Assembly (NCBI RefSeq): GCF_004010195.1
Contig: NC_057719.1
Coordinates: 82,631,060-82,695,059, forward strand
Direction of reading: 5' to 3'
From: Chiloscyllium plagiosum
Taxonomy: Eukaryota
DNA length: 64,000 bases
Part shown: in pieces, positions 61,898 through 64,000 of the stretch
Layout: each line of letters starts with the position of its first letter
Position numbering within the stretch: the stretch's first letter is position 1
Translations under genes and position numbers: made by a program
Notes under the pieces: generated by a model
What the model was told of the DNA's origin: nothing
Database searches by the model: none
Seen by the model: the letters and a program-made list of their open reading frames with translations, nothing else

Positions 61898-62107
61898 TAC
61901 AAAGTTAAAAATCACACAACACCAGGTTATAGTCCAAGAGGTTTAATTGGAAGCACTAGCTTTCGGAGCGCTGCTCCTTCGTCAGGTGGTTGACGGAGCG
62001 TTGCTCCGAAAGCTAGTGCTTCCAGTTAAACCTGTTGGACTATAACCTGGTGTTGTGTTATTTGTAACTTTGTACACCCCAGTCCAACACCAGCATCTCC
62101 AAATCAT
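61898..62107. mobile_element. Palindromic terminus of a second Penelope family
   Basis: TACAAAGTTAAAAATCACACAACACCAGG... is mirrored by ...CCTGGTGTTGTGTTATTTGTAACTTTGTA. Confidence 0.85.
61954..61988 (-). ncRNA. Minimal hammerhead ribozyme
   Basis: CAC-CTGACGA-A-GGAGC(AGC)GCTCC-GAAA-GCTA-GTG: 3-bp stem I, 5-bp stem II, CUA triplet. Confidence 0.7.
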
Positions 62108-62429
62108 AAGTGAGGATATGCTGCCATCTAAATATTCACACCAGCCAGTAAGCTGAAGCCATTTGCTGTGTTACTGTTCAAATCGGCTCTGTTAGAAATT
62201 GTTTCATCCACCATTCTGTTTGCGTGGTTTAATATAGGTACGTTTTCCACCCTGATGGCTCAGGTTGTGTTGGAACCCAGTTCCGTCCATACACTGACCG
62301 GGTTAGTAATCCATTGAAATATATAGCAATTACAACATGGAGACTGGCCATCCAGCCCAACCAGCCAATACCAGCATTTGTCCTCAACATTGTCTCATGT
62401 ATTCCTGTGTTTAGAAGTGACAACCTCTA

Positions 62430-62780
62430 GGCTTCACTGTTGAATGTGTATGTGTGTGTGTTCAAGACTCCCGGGCACAGAATCTGGGCTGGCACGACAG
62501 GGCTGTACTGAGGCAGTGCTGCATTGTTGGAGGTGCTATCTTTTAAATCAAATGTTAAATTGAAGCACTGCACCTCCCCTCTCAGACACATGAACAAGAT
62601 TCCGTGACCCTGTTTCGAAGAAGATTAAGCAAAACTCAGGCAGGATTAATCATCAAGCAGTATCCGTAAAACAATTGACCTCTTCATTTATGTCATTGTT
62701 GTTTGTGGCGTCCCAGTGTTGGTGTTTTCAACGTTACAGTAGTTCAAAAAGTACTTCATTCGATACAATGTCCTTTCCAG
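62430..62780 (+). mobile_element. Deu-domain SINE (decayed)
   Basis: TACTGAGGCAGTGCTGCATTGTTGGAGGTGCTATCTTT...TTCAAAAAGTACTTCATT. Confidence 0.65.
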
Positions 62781-62814
62781 CTCTAACTGCATCCTGTCTT
62801 TCAATCACTTGTTG

Positions 62815-64000
62815 AATCTGAGGAACTGCTGCAGAGATGTCCTGGAGCTGAGATGACCGAATTCCAACAAGCACAACCATCTCCCAATGTGCCAGCTATG
62901 ACTCCAACCAGCGGAGAGTTTGCCCTTGGTTACCCAAGACCCCCTTTGACAAAGGGTCAGTTAGACTCGAAACGTCAGCTCTTTTCTCTCCTTACAGATG
63001 CTGCCAGACCTGCTGAGATTTTCCAGCATTTTCTCTTTGGGTACCCAAGACTCCAGTTTCACGAGGGTCCCTTGATGCCACACTCGGTCGAATGCGGCCT
63101 TGATGTCAAGGACCAACACTCTCACCTCACTCTTTTGTTCATGTTTGAACCAAGGCTGTAATAAGATGAGGAATGCAGTGGCCTGGCAGAACTCAAACTG
63201 GATATCAGGGAGCATGATATTTTGAATAACTCTCCCTGTGCTGCTCGCAAGACAAAGCTTTTCACTGTACCTTGGTACACGTGACAATAAATTCAACTCA
63301 AATGCTGCTTGATAGCACTGTCAACAACCACTCCTATCACATTACTGATGATTGAGAGTATACTGATGGGCCAGTTTGGATTTGTGCTGCATTTTATGTA
63401 CAGGACATACCTGGACAGTTTTCCATATTGTTGGGTAGCTGCCAGTGTTGACGCTTTCCTGGATCAGCTCAGTTAGGGGTGTGGCATGTTCTGGAGCACA
63501 AGTCTTCAGTACAATTGCCAGAATGTTGTCAGGGCCCACAGCCTTTGTAGTATCCAGTGTCTCCAACACGTGGACTGATTCGAATTGGCTGGAGACTGAC
63601 ATCTGCGATGCTGGGGACCACTGGAGGAGTCCGAGATGGATCATCCACTCAGCACTTATGGCTGAAGATTGCTGCAAATGTCATTTTTGTTGCATTTTAA
63701 CAATCTTTTTAATCTGATGTGCTGTCCTCTTCCATCATTGACGATGGAGATACATGTGACACTTGCTCCTCCAGTGAGTTGTTTAACTGTGCACTACACC
63801 ACTGGAGGTGGCAGGACTGCAGAGCTTAGATCTGATCCATTGGTTATGTGATCAGTTATCCATGTCTATTACATTCTGTTGCCACTGTTTGGCACAGACA
63901 TAGTCCTGTGCATCCTCATCAGGTTGACACCTCACTTTTAGGTATGCTTTATCCTCCTGCACTCGCCATTGACCAGGGTTGATCCCCTGGCTTGATGGTA
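62815..64000 (-). mobile_element. Second CR1-like family RT (decayed) with small nested inserts
   Basis: LDIKAAFDRVWHQG, DTTKAVGPDNILAIVLKTCAPE; parallels 29090-31300; inserts at 62941-63036 (Penelope terminus) and about 63235-63300 (Rex1-like tail). Confidence 0.87.

Overview
Eukaryotic, vertebrate, repeat-dense DNA. The repeat set (HE1/V-SINE-like tRNA SINEs with CR1 tails, CR1 LINEs, Deu-domain SINEs, Penelope-like elements) points to a cartilaginous fish, probably a shark (inference). I recognise one protein-coding exon: a 92-bp + strand exon at 25194-25285 ([31 protein letters not shown]) of a MAPKBP1/WDR62-family WD40 gene, so much or all of the window is probably intronic to that gene. 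The rest is nested CR1, Penelope, Rex1-like and SINE insertions, three minisatellites (31, 80 and 19 bp units), microsatellites and four N gaps. Most notable: several minimal hammerhead-ribozyme cores in Penelope termini, with 11-17 bp target-site duplications; a 61-bp-arm template-switch palindrome at 21752-21927; a candidate alternative first exon in frame with the WD40 exon; and a non-autonomous retroelement family with an AAGATGGCG head and a Rex1-like tail. I see no prokaryotic genes or CRISPR array. Repeat boundaries were read by eye and are approximate, and family names come from recognition, not a database search.
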